64,000 nt of DNA from Balanoglossus misakiensis. Lineage: Eukaryota; Animalia; Hemichordata. Location: assembly GCA_040954595.2 (NCBI GenBank), contig CM082579.2, positions 8,731,625-8,795,624 on the forward strand, given 5' to 3'. Positions 39,027 to 52,100 of this stretch are shown here, piece after piece; within the stretch, counting starts at the first letter, position 1; every line of letters begins with the position of its first letter. A model generated the notes under the pieces. The model ran no database searches. It was not told the DNA's origin and saw nothing but the letters and a program-made list of their open reading frames with translations. The translations under genes were made by a program, and so were the position numbers.

Positions 39027-41655
39027 GTGAGTGTCCAAATCAATATTATTTTCATAGTTGGACGTTGGCTCCATACTGATCCTGACATGCAGGGTTGGGC
39101 AGGGTGTTATATGCTCTCACTTTTCTGGTGTACATCCCCGAACCGCAAATTAGTTATTTTATGAACCACAAACTGGCTTGTATGTTTTTCAGTGTCTTTG
39201 TTCGGTTTATCTGCTATAGTTTCTCACTTATACTCTGATATGCATGTTGCCAGTCTGTCAACAAAATCTGATCCATAGGTAACACACACTGTAACTCAAA
39301 ACCTCAGGAGCTTCAACTTGATGGACTTGACCTCAAATTTCTGTGAAGGCAGAAGAACTTGAGAAATTATGGATCATTATGGGTTGAATGCTTCTGATGT
39401 TTTGTAATTGGTTGATTATAGAACGGTCTCAGATGTTTATCATTGTTCTGAGATAATGTATTATAAATTGGAGAGAAGTAAAAAAGGCATTTCCTATGGG
39501 AGGACAGAGTGACACATACAAAGCCATGTGGTATTGGGATTGTTGTGATAATAATACATGCAATATGCGAGGCTTGCATCAAGCATTGTAGAGTCATAGT
39601 GCAATCAGCGAGGGCAAGGGTTTGTCTTATAAAACTTCTGGGAGGGGGTGTTAGATTTGAGGGGTTGTTACTGGTGTTGAGGAACACTGGGGAGGTTGGT
39701 GGTGACTTTTAATGTAGGGGAGATATTCTCAGAGTGAGTTGGGGGAATCCCTTTAGGGTTTCACTAGCATTTGAGGACCTAGCTAGGTAAAAAAGAATTC
39801 TGAATGTCACAGATGAAAAAGTGCAGCCCACAGGATTTCAGAAGCTCGAAATAAAACTGAAAGGTGATGATCATATTTCTGACAAAAAGGGAACAGTACT
39901 TTGACAGGGCAGTCAGAGGATTTCCATCAGCGTTGTATTGAAAGGCGACACTGAATCGAGAGTTCATCATCATCAGATTGGTTGGTGGCAATATGATGTT
40001 GACTTTGATAGTGGCACTAAGTGAAATTGACACTGATATGGGCTGTATTGTCATTGATATGACGGCTGGTGATATGGTTTGATTTATGTACATCGGGCAA
40101 CACACTGCGCTACGGTTTATAACGTCACGCATTAGGCAGAGAGTACATCAATCTCTGTTACCATGGCGAGAACCAGTTCATGTAGCTGCAATTACAGCAG
40201 GGTTGCAATGTTGTATAACTATAAGGATGATTTTTGTGAACTGGGGGGGGGGGGGGGTGAACTCTTCCATTTTGTTGGAGGGGGTTATTATTGAAACATG
40301 TGGTTGGTTTCTTGGTGGCTTTCACAAATCATGCAATTTCAAGAAAAACGATACTTAAGATATTGGCAGACCACATCATTGAAAAATGGGGGTTTGTGTC
40401 GTCATTTCGGGGCAATATTGACACTATATGGCCTTTTTGGAAATAACAGCTGTCAAATGATTGATCGGAGTTTGCTTGTCGCAATTGAGCCGGTAGCTTT
40501 ATAAGTCCAGTGTCTTCCAGATTCAGAACACAAGTCAAAACACATTGAAATTAGATCCAAAACGAAGGGGGGAAAATACACCAGCCTTGGGTCACTGCCA
40601 TTTTTTGTCGTGATAAAAATAACGACACACGCAAGAGAACTCGTCCAGGTTGACTCTTTTTTTAAACACAAGGCTGGCATTATCAATCGGGTGTAATGTG
40701 TTAAGAGTGTGTTATCTGTGGTCTGGCAAACACCCCTTGAAAAACCAGCCGTATATATTATCTATTGAAGTCATTGTCTGGGAGTTTGTCAAATGACTTG
40801 TCAAGGATAAATGACGTGACGAGTAATATGAATGGCTTGTTAAAACCCGGAGACTTAAATCAATTTCTTCTCTGCATGGATGATCTATTTGTCTGTTGTC
40901 ATCTGTTTTTGACCTTTATATTTTCAGACCTTTCAGACCTATTGTGCTGAAGAAATGTCCCCCCCCCCCCTTTCAATAAATTTTCATCAGCATTTTGTGG
41001 GGTATCAGATTTCCTTAAAGTAGTATACGTCAGCTCTGCTCAAAAAGCCGAAGACATCCCTATTGTGTCTGAAATACAATATCTATTTTCAGACAACGCT
41101 GTATAAAAATTGGCGTTCTCTGATTTAGCACGATTCGGCAAGAGATTTTTTTGGATTTTTTAAAGAATATGCAGCGGTTGATGTCAAGTTTGAGTTCAGT
41201 GGTTCGTAAAAATAAATAATTTGCGGTTCACGGTTGTACGCCGGGGAAAAGCGAGGGCATTACAACACCCTGCCCACCCCTGCGTGTCAGGATCACTATG
41301 GAATGCGCCACTAGGGGTTCTCTTCAATTGGTTGACAAATCAGAATGCATTCATTTGCATTGTAGGGTAATCTGATTCCTCAATAAACCTTTGTTATGCA
41401 TAAAACAACATTGGAACAAAAAATCGGAATTAACTGGCTGTAACAGTTTGCCTGGCAAAACATTGACAACGTTTACGGCAGTGTGTGGATGAGCCATTAG
41501 GACTATAAGACGAGCTCACAGGGAACCCTACAATGTTGGTGAGTTTGCGGCCATTTGCCACTGACAAATTGGTCGACTGAATTGGCAGGGTAGGCTGGTC
41601 GTCGATCACGGCAAGTAATTACTTACCCTTGTATGTGTTCTCTCTCTGCACACAG

Positions 41656-41705
41656 AAGGCTTCTGATGGACGCCAGTCTAATCGTACTATGCTGCAGTCA
41701 ATGAG
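41656..41705 (+). CDS. AFF4: Probable AFF-family small exon (50 bp, phase 0-2), KASDGRQSNRTMLQSM(S/R)
   Basis: Acceptor gttctctctctgcacacAG with a branch-like cttac upstream, donor AG|GTAGGC; in frame after the DDEQ exon. No recognisable conserved residues, so support is splice signals and phase only. Confidence 0.55.
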
Positions 41706-41814
41706 GTAGGCTTTTCTGATTTTATTTTCACCTTCCCGAGACGAGGAAAAAAAGAGAGTTGTTGTTTTTTAATGAGTCTGCGGGAGTGTGCGAGTGAAAT
41801 ACCACGGCCTGGCA

Positions 41815-41871
41815 GTGTGCGTGTGTGCGTGTGTGTGTGTATGTGTGTGTGTGTGTGTGTCTCACACACAC
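41815..41871. repeat. (TG)n microsatellite followed by short (CA)n
   Basis: Seen directly. Confidence 0.9.
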
Positions 41872-43987
41872 TGTAGTTTTGGGATTAACTCTGAAATAAC
41901 AGCAGTCACAGTCACTTGGGAGATCCCTGCTGATGACGTGACCTCTGGAGGTTCAAGTGTTAATGTGGCGAGTGTGGTCGCCAGACCTGGGGCCCCATAA
42001 CAACAACATACATGTACACACAGCCAAGCCCCCCCCCCCCCCCCTATACCCAATGTATATACAAAACATGTGTAGATATAGACACACACATATATACAAA
42101 CACACATGCACAAAGACACACACGGACACACTAAACACACACAGTGAGATGTCAACCTGTGACTGCCATGTATAAAACGGCGCCTGAAAATGCTGGCCAA
42201 TGCAAAGAAGCCCTGCCACTGAAGATATATATTCACTCTATGGTTACACAAATATTTGCCGAGAATTCTTGGCATAGTCAACCATGTTGTGATTATGCAA
42301 ACAGAGCAGGACAGGCATGTCTATGTAAGTGTATCGTCTCGATGCTATTTTCTCCCCCGAGAAAATAGCATCAGAAGTAGATACACAGCGTGTGTAAGGT
42401 TAAATAATATCTGAATGGAATAATGTAATTAGGGCACAAGCCAAGCAGGCTTGTGCCCTATTGGTATTACTGGGGTTTTTCATTAGGGCACAAGCCAAGC
42501 AGGCTTGTGCCCTATTGGTATTACTGGGGTTTTTCATCCTCTTCTTTTTCTTGTGTAGTTTTTTTGCCCAATAGGATCTTGAAAACGGCTGAACCTACAA
42601 ATCTCAAACTTGGCACAGTGATGCAGGCCTATGAGAGCTGGTGCAGTACCCTCGTGAATGTTTAATAAGTCATGTGACCTGATGACCATATATAGGCAAA
42701 GTTTTCAAATGGGCCTAATTTGCATATGAATGGAGATATCAAAATTCTTTTAGCAATTTTTGTGGACCATGTGGTCAGTGTCCTACATGCCAAATGTCAA
42801 AGCCATGGGCCAAGTCTATTTTGAGAAGAAGATTATTAACCATTATTTGTCATATTTGTGGACCCAGCCATAGGCCTATACTTTCTATAGTTAAGCTATG
42901 ACGCTATGTCCACGTCTGTGCAATTGTCCTGTACAGTGACAGTCTAGTGGCCCGTGAGCTGAATGGGACCAAAATAAAAGACAAAATTTTGGGCTCACCT
43001 GTAACACCTGCTTAACTCATTAATTATGTGCATGCCTAATTCCGGGCTAACTATTAGGGCTAGAGGTTTTGTTCTTGTGGGACATGGACCAGTATGGGAT
43101 CAAAAATTTTTGCCCAAATTTTGGGTGACCTCAGGTGACCTTTGACCTTCTTTCCTATATCTCGGCATCCACAGCAGGTACAGACTTGGCGTTTGGAGGG
43201 TTGTGACTAAAATTGAAAAGACAAAATTGGGGGTCACCTGTGACACCTGCTTATCTCATTAATTATGTGCATACCTAATTCCAGGCTAACCAATAGGGCT
43301 AGAGGTTTGATTTTTGTTGAACATGGACCAGTATGGGGTTAAAATTTCTTGCCCAATTTTGGGTGACCTCAGGTGACCTTTGACCTACTTTACCGTATCT
43401 CGGCAACCCATGCAGATACAGCCTTGGCATTTGGAGGCATGGAACTCCTAATGGAGCCTTATACTTTACCTCATTAATTATGTGCATATATAAATCTAGG
43501 CGAACCAATAGGGCTAGAGGTCTGGTTTTTGTTGGACCTGGACTAGTATGGGGTCAAACTTTTTTGCCCAAATTTTGGGTGACCACATATGACCTTTGAC
43601 CTTCGGCTTAAGCTTGTGCCCGTCATCGCTGCTTGCAGCTATATTCTTTCTTTCTTTCTTTCTTTCTTTATTCTTGTGTCAATTCTTCGGCCAACTAAAT
43701 CTCTGAAACTACTGCAGGTACACTGCTCAAACTTGCTACAGTGGGCAAGGTCTATGAGTAGATGTGCAGTGACTTGTGAATACTTAATTAGTCACGTGAC
43801 CTGGCGGCCATCTTGGATTTTCTGAAAAAATTCAAATCTCAGATCTCAGAAACTACAAGTCAGATCGACTTCAAATTTGGCATGCAGGTAGACTACCTTC
43901 TACCCATCATTTTTGTAATTGAAAATTTTGCTACAGTGTTGCAGTTTTTTTAATACAATTTTTTTTCTGAAATCTGGCTTAAATTTC

Positions 43988-44275
43988 AAAAATCTTCTTC
44001 TCCAGAACCGGTGATAACCGAGACACGGGGTTTGGGGTATGTGGTCACCTAAGTGATGTCTATCAAGTTTGCGAAGATCATTGTGATTGGTCGAAGATTA
44101 TGGCGGCCATATTGGATTTTCGAAAAACCATAGTTAAACTCCAAAAATCTTCTTCTCCAGAACGGGCGATGACTGAGTCGCAAGATTCGGGGAGTATGGT
44201 CACTGCACTGATGTCTATCAAGTTTGCAAAGAACATTGTGATTGGTCGAAGATTATGGCGGCCATATTGGATTTT
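43988..44275 (+). repeat. Second internal tandem repeat (period ~155 bp, 2 copies) in body C
   Basis: aaaaatcttcttctccagaac...gattggtcgaagattatggcggccatattggatttt at 43988 and 44143. Confidence 0.85.
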
Positions 44276-46050
44276 GTAAAAAGCAGTGAAAAATTGAAAT
44301 TCCTTTTTCTAGTCTAAAAATTGATAGCATACAAATTCTTTTTATGGATATCAATCGTCATGTGACTAAAATATGTTACAATTTTTGTGGCGATTTTTCA
44401 CATGACCTTTGACCTACTTATCACGCGTTATTATTTCTGCATATCTAATTCCAGGCTAACCTATAGGGCTAGACGTTTGGTTTTTGATGAATGTGGATTA
44501 GTGTGTGATCAAAATATTTTGCTACTTTTCATGACCCCTTTGACCTCAGCTGACCTCATTAATTATGTACATAGCTAATTACAGGAGAACCAATAGAGCT
44601 AGAGGTTTGGTTTTTGTTGGACATGGACCAGTATGGGATCAAAATTTTTTGCCCAAATTTTGGGTGACCTCTGGTGACCTTTGACCTACTTTCGCATATC
44701 TCAGCATCCAGAGCAGATACAGCCATGGCATTTGGTAGGATGGGACCAAAATGTAAAGCCAAATTTTTGGGTCACCTGTGACACCTGCTGACCTCATTAA
44801 ATATGCACATACCTAATTACAGGCGAACCAATAGAGCTATAGTTTTGGTTTTAGTTGGACATGGACCAGTATGGGTAAAAAAAAATTGCCCAAATGTTGG
44901 GTGACCTCAGGTGACCTTTGACCTACTTCACCCTATTTCAGCAGCAAAAATACACATATCCTTGTTATGTCATGAGATAATACATCCGATAGAAAATTCT
45001 GTTTCTTCTCATTCATACTGTGCATATATAATTCAAGATCAGCGCTTGGGCCCGACAATGCTGCTCGCAGCTTTAATCTTTTTTTTTTCTTGTGTAGTTT
45101 TTTTGCTCAGGTAGATCTTGAAAACGGCTGAACCTACAAATCTCAAACTTGGCACAATGGTGCAGGCCTATGAGAGCTGGTGCAGTATCCCTGTGAATGT
45201 TTAATTAGTCATGTGACGTGATGACCATATATGGGCAAAATTTTCAAATGGGCCTAATTTGCATATGAATGGTGATATCAAAATTCTGTGCAATCATTTT
45301 GCGGACCATATGGTCAGTGTCCTACATGCTAAATTTCAAGGCTCTGGGCCAAGTCAATTTTGAGAAGAAGATTTTTAAATATTATATTTCATATTTTTTG
45401 GACCCAGCCATAGGCCTATACTTTCTATAGTTAAGCTATGATGCTATGTCCACATCTGTGCAATGGTCCTGTACTGTGACTCTCTATTGGCCCGTGAGCA
45501 GAATGGGACCAAAATAAAAGGCAAAATTTTGGGCTCACCTGTAACACCTGCTTAACTCATTAATTATGTGCATACCTAATTCTGGGCTAACTAATAGGGC
45601 TAGAGGTTTTGTGCTTGTGGGACATGGACCAGTAAAGGGTAAAAAAAAATTGCCCAAATTTTGGGTGACCTCAGGTGACCTTTGACCTACTTTCCTATAT
45701 CTCGGCATCCAGAGCAGGTACAGACTTGGCGTTTGGAGGGTTGGGACTAAAATTTAAAAGCCAAAATTGAGGGTCACCTGTGACACCTGCTTATCTCATT
45801 AATTATGTGCATACCTAATTCCAGGCCAACCAATAGGACTAGAGGTTTGGTTTTTGCTGAACATGAACCAGTATGGGGTCAAAATTTCTTGCCCAAATTT
45901 TGGGTGACCTCGGGTGACCTTTGACCTACTTTACCATATCTCGGCATGCACAGCAGCTACAGCCTTGGCATTTGGAGGGATGGAACTCCTGATGGAGCCT
46001 TACACTTTACCTCATTAATTATGCACATACATAATTGTAGGCGAACCAAT

Positions 46051-46348
46051 TCTTCGCTATCAAATGACGTCAGACGCGTTCAGGTGGCAGTTACGTTCGC
46101 ATTCAAATTTCCAGATGACGGGCAACTTCAGCAACGTGGACTTACGGTGGTGCAGACAAAGACTGTGCAGACGAAATGCAATGAGGCTGATGAGGCAACA
46201 TACCCGATACATGTTGCGTGTTTGGCGGTTCTAAAGTAAAAACATAATCGGAAAAACTTTTACTGGATGCCGAAATATTGCTTGCCCGTCATCTGGAAAT
46301 GACTGCGCCATGTGACACATTGCCAGATCACGTGATTGATAGTAAAGA
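46051..46348. mobile_element. ~298-bp MITE inserted in a family-B body
   Basis: Interrupts gcgaaccaat|agggctagag, which is intact in sister copies; TIRs tcttcgctatcaa / ttgatagtaaaga (11/13), apparent AT duplication, perfect 19-bp internal IR (46107-46125 / 46282-46300). Confidence 0.8.
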
Positions 46349-49105
46349 ATAGGCTAGAGATTTTGTTCTTGTGGGACACGGACCAGTATGGGGTCAAAAT
46401 TTCTTGCCCAAATTTTGGGTGACCACTTATGACCTTTGACCTTCGGCTTAAGCTTGGGCCCGTCATCGCTGCTTGCAGCTATATTTTATATTATATGTGT
46501 CTGAATGTGTGTGTGTATGCACACCATCGCAGACTGTAATATCCTATTTGTACTGCCTCTTTTGATGTGTGTATTAAGCACAGCTGATTATATATAATTT
46601 GTTCCAACACTTGTGTGTGCTTGCAGTGGCCTATAAAATGATATGTTTATATTTTCCCATGTGAGTGTGGGCTGTGCGAATTGAAATTACTTCAAGTCAG
46701 CTAGCAGTGGAGCGCAGGTTGTTTGGTGTATTTATTTCCCTGTTATGTGTGATTTCTATTATTTATCACTGGCTGAGTCAAAGTTTATTATAGTTAATCA
46801 GGATTGATTATCGTAGCCGTGTGTATGTGTTTAGAGAGCGATGCCTACTACAAAATGTGATATAGTCAGTCGCACATTCTCTCTCTTGCTGGGGTTTTCT
46901 GTTGATTATGAATGACGACTTCACAGCGCACCTTGATAATACTCTTATGACATGTGGAATCGCCGTGGCGTTTCACGGCGCAAAAGAGCCGACAAGTTCC
47001 TCGGAGGTGCCATTATGAAATACCGTAAAGCCTTTTACTGCGCCGTTCCCAACAATTGTAAGAGTGTGTTTTTTCGGTGAATGCATTCAACGTCTCTTTT
47101 GTATCCCTTTCACTTGCTGCCTTTTCAACTCGAGAGCACTTCCCAGCATGGGTGTCCACAAAAGGGGGTCTAGATTTTCCGACTGTCCTTGCCTTGTGCA
47201 CTTCTGTCTCTTTCTTTTTCCCCCCTTTTATTTTGGTTGGCGCGGTGCAGACAATTCCCTCCCACAATGAGGAGGAGGAGGAGGGAGGGAGGGGAGAGGT
47301 AGGCCTGCCCACCTAGAACGCAGACTCTTGCCGACATTTTTTTTCAGATGCAAATCACACGGCTGGCCGTGTGGAGCCATTTCTGCAGTGGTAGCTTTTA
47401 GCGGGTCGCCATTCAATTGCCCTGCCATTGTGTTCCACTCTCTCTGGGTTTTGTGCTGGTGTTAAAACTGTTTAGCCTCCCTCCCACCCTCTGCTAAAGA
47501 AGCAATTGTCTCCCCGTGTGTCCCCCCTCCAAGAATAAAAGGTCCTTCAAGCAACTCGTAAGTGGCCCGCCAGCCCCAGACACACACACTCACAGATGCT
47601 ACAATCTGCACCGGGCAACTGTCCAGTATAGAAAAAAAAATATTTACACTGGCTACATGCACAAATGCACGCACGGAAACTGGCCTCTCTTGATCGCAGT
47701 TATTTCGAGTCTTTCCAGTTGGCCAATTCTGCGTCCTTTTAAAATATTAATGACCTCATTATTAACTTAATGTGTCCATCCCCCTACTTGTTCATGCTCT
47801 GGTGTGATTTTGCTCTGCTCTGAGAATGTTTGGGGGATCCGTTGTTTTGATACCCCGACCGCCATGAAACAACGCGAAAGGCATCCCTGAAATAGACCTT
47901 GGACTGAACCGGTAATCGTGCAGGCTGATTTTTAATACCCATGGGATCTGTCTTTCTGCATTTAACACCCTCACAATAGTCATTAAAGAGTCGCCCCGGC
48001 ATTTAGCTAATTTTATTTGGTCACAAAAGTGGGGGCATGCGTAAGCTGCTCTCTAAACAGAAAACCGCGAACCTGTGTTCGGACTTGTGTTTTGTGTCTC
48101 ATTAAATCTGAAACCAGATCATCAATTATCGTGGATATTACTGTACAAATAATTAAAATAATATTGGCAGATGCCTTTGGATGAAGCACTCCAGAGTGAT
48201 GATGCGTGGGCTCACTGTGTTATTATCTATACGAATGTATCTGACATAAACAGAAGCCAAGTCTGTTAGTGTTTAGTTGGTGCATAGACATCTACTGGCA
48301 TAGACAGTACTACTGTCTATGATTTGTGTTTACTCTGTGGTTTTTCGTACATTTCATTGTGGTCTTTTTGTGGTCTCCCATCCATCCAGCAGTAGCAGCA
48401 ACGACAAAAACAATAATAATGCATGTATTAATAATAATAGCTGTCATCGTCATTGCAATTTTAATAAAATTACGGTGGAACTCAAATATATTTTACGGAA
48501 CCATAATAGAGTCGTCAGTAATATCAGTCGAATCTGCTGGAATAATCATTTATGAGATTGGTAAATGCTAACAGCTTATCATCATGGCCGTGTGGGAAAC
48601 AGTAGGATGGCCATGAACTCTGGTGGAATCTTATCTGCTTAAGAGATTGAGAATGATGTGTGATGAGATTAGTAGAGATTAGCTGATATTTTAGAGTATA
48701 ATCAAGGGGGTGGTAATACAAGGTGGCTTTGATCAGCACATGTGTAAAATTGACGCATCTTGAAATATACAGTACCATGGAAAACGTACACGAGAGACGT
48801 TTCTTTGCTTCCAGTTAGTATCAGCGATAATCCCAGTATAATGAGATGTGCAGTAATACAACTAGTGCTGTCTATCACTGGGGCTATTTGTACGTCTCAC
48901 GTTTGTCTGTATTTTTTATTGTAAAAAAAATCAGAAAATCTATTCCACGATTATTTCACTGAGTCTCCTGCCTTATTTAAGTGGACTAGCTTCGCTGGGC
49001 TGTGTGTGTGTTTTTTTCCCGCTCAACATGAAAGTAATCTGTGTTCTTTGTTTATATATACCTTGAACTGTCCTGTCTGGTATGGGGCTCTCTAATTGTC
49101 TTCAT

Positions 49106-52100
49106 TAGGGCACAAGCCAAGCAGGCTTGTGCCCTATTGGTATTACTGGGGTTTTTCATCTTTAGGGCACAAGCCAAGCAGGCTTGTGCCCTATTGGTAT
49201 TACTGGGGTTTTTCATCTTTTTTTTTTTCTTGTGTAGTTTTTTTGCTCAGGTAGATCTTGAAAACGGCTGAACCTACAAATCTCAAACTTGGCACAATGG
49301 TGCAGGTCTATGAGAGCTCGTGCAGTACCCTCGTGAATGTGTAATTAGTCACATGACCTGATGACCATATATGGGCAAAGTTTTCAAATGGGCCTAATTT
49401 GCATATGAATGACGATATCAAAATTCTGTGCAATCATTTTGCGGACCATATGGTCAGTGTCCCACATGCTAAATTTCAAGGCTCTGGGCCAAGTCAATTT
49501 TGAGAAGAAGATTTTTAAATATTATATTTCATATTTTTTGGACCCAGCCATAGGCCTATACTTTCTATAGTTAAGCTATGATGCTATGTCCACATCTGTG
49601 CAATGGTCCTGTACTGTGACTCTCTATTGGCCCGTGAGCAAAATGGGACCAAAATAAAAGGCAAAATTTTGGGCTCACCTGTAACACCTGCTTAACTCAT
49701 TAATTATGTGCATACCTAATTCTGGGCTAACTAATAGGGCTAGAGGTTTTGTGCTTGTGGGACATGGACCAGTATAGGGTAAAAAAAAATTGCCCAAATT
49801 TTGGGTGACCTCAGGTGACCTTTGACCTACTTTCCTATATCTCGGCATCCAGAGCAGGTACAGACTTGGCGTTTGGAGGGTTGGGACTAAAATTTAAAAG
49901 CCAAAATTGAGGGTCACCTGTGACACCTACTTATCTCATTAATTATGTGCATACCTAATTCCAGGCCAACCAATAGGACTAGAGGTTTGATTTTTGCTGA
50001 ACATGAACCAGTATGGGGTCAAAATTTCTTGCCCAAATTTTGGGTGACCTCAGGTGACCTTTGACCTACTTTACCATATCTCGGCATGCACAGCAGCTAC
50101 AACCTTGGCATTTGGAGGGATGGAACTCCTGATGGAGCCTTACACTTTACCTCATTAATTATGCACATACATAATTGTAGGCGAACCAATAGGGCTAGAG
50201 ATTTTGTTCTTGTGGGACACGGACCAGTATGGGGTCAAAATTTCTTGCCCAAATTTTGGGTGACCACTTATGACCTTTGACCTTCGGCTTAAGCTTGGGC
50301 CCGTCATCGCTGCTTGCAGCTATATTTTTTTTTTTTTTTTTCTTGTGTAGTTTTTTTGCTCAGGTAGATCTTGAAAACGGCTGAACCTACAAATCTCAAA
50401 CTTGGCACAATGGTGCAGGTCTATGAGAGCTCGTGCAGTACCCTCGTGAATGTGTAATTAGTCACATGACCTGATGACCATATATGGGCAAAGTTTTCAA
50501 ATGGGCCTAATTTGCATATGAATGATGATATCAAAATTCTGTGCAATCATTTTGCGGACCATATGGTCAGTGTCCTACATGCTAAATTTCAAGGCTCTGG
50601 GCCAAGTCAATTTTGAGAAGAAGATTTTTAAATATTATATTTCATATTTTTTGGACCCAGCCATAGGCCTATACTTTCTATAGTTAAGCTATGATGCTAT
50701 GTCCACATCTGTGCAATGGTCCTGTACTGTGACTCTCTATTGGCCCGTGAGCAGAATGAGACCAAAATAAAAGGCAAAATTTTGGGCTCACCTGTAACAC
50801 CTGCTTAACTCATTAATTATGTGCATACCTAATTCTGGGCTAACTAATAGGGCTAGACGTTTTGTGCTTGTGGGACATGGACCAGTAAAGGGTAAAAAAA
50901 AATTGCCCAAATTTTGGGTGACCTCAGGTGACCTTTGACCTACTTTCCTATATCTCGGCATCCAGAGCAGGTACAGACTTGGCGTTTGGAGGGTTGGGAC
51001 TAAAATTTAAAAGCCAAAATATTGGTCACCTGTGACACCTGCACATCTCATTAATTATGTGCATACCTAATTCCAGGCCAACCAATAGGACTAGAGGTTT
51101 GGTTTTTGCTGAACATGAACCAGTATGGGGTCAAAATTTCTTGCCCAAATTTTGGGTGACCTCAGGTGACCTTTGACCTATTTTACCATATCTCGGCATG
51201 CACAGCAGCTACAGCCTTGGCATTTGGAGGGATGGAACTCCTGATGGAGCCTTACACTTTACCTCATTAATTATGCACATACATAATTGTAGGCGAACCA
51301 ATAGGGCTAGAGATTTTGTTCTTGTGGGACACGGACCAGTATGGGGTCAAAATTTCTTGCCCAAATTTTGGGTGACCACTTATGACCTTTGACCTTCGGC
51401 TTAAGCTTGGGCCCGTCATCGCTGCTTGCAGCTATATTTCATCTTTTTTTTTTTTTTTTTCTTGTGTAGTTTTTTTGCTCAGGTAGATCTTGAAAACGGC
51501 TGAACCTATAAATCTCAAACTTGGCACAATGGTGCAGGTCTATGAGAGCTCGTGCAGTACCCTCGTGAATGTGTAATTAGTCACATGACCTGATGACCAT
51601 ATATGGGCAAAGTTTTCAAATGGGCCTAATTTGCATATGAATGACGATATCAAAATTCTGTGCAATCATTTTGCGGACCATATGGTCAGTGTCCTACATG
51701 CTAAATTTCAAGGCTCTGGGCCAAGTCAATTTTGAGAAGAAGATTTTTAAATATTATATTTCATATTTTTTGGACCCAGCCATAGGCCTATACTTTCTAT
51801 AGTTAAGCTATGATGCTATGTCAACATCTGTGCAATGGTCCTGTACTGTGACTCTCTATTGGCCCGTGAGCAAAATGGGACCAAAATAAAAGGCAAAATT
51901 TTGGGCTCACCTGTAACACCTGCTTAACTCATTAATTATGTGCATACCTAATTCTGGGCTAACTAATAGGGCTAGAGGTTTTGTGCTTGTGGGACATGGA
52001 CCAGTATAGGGTAAAAAAAAATTGCCCAAATTTTGGGTGACCTCAGGTGACCTATGACCTACTTTCCTATATCTCAGCATCCAGAGCAGGTACAGACTTG

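Larger units (their letters stand above)
42430..46484 (+). mobile_element. Composite nested HINE-like cluster: two family-B heads, body B (to 43644), headless related body C (43645-45077), body B (45078-46484)
   Basis: Heads tagggcacaagcc-aagca-ggcttgtgcccta at 42430 and 42484; B ends gcttg(t/g)gcccgtcatc-gctgcttgcagc-tatat; C end gcttgggcccgacaat-gctgctcgcagc-tttaat; ~238-bp internal units homologous to family A. Confidence 0.8.
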
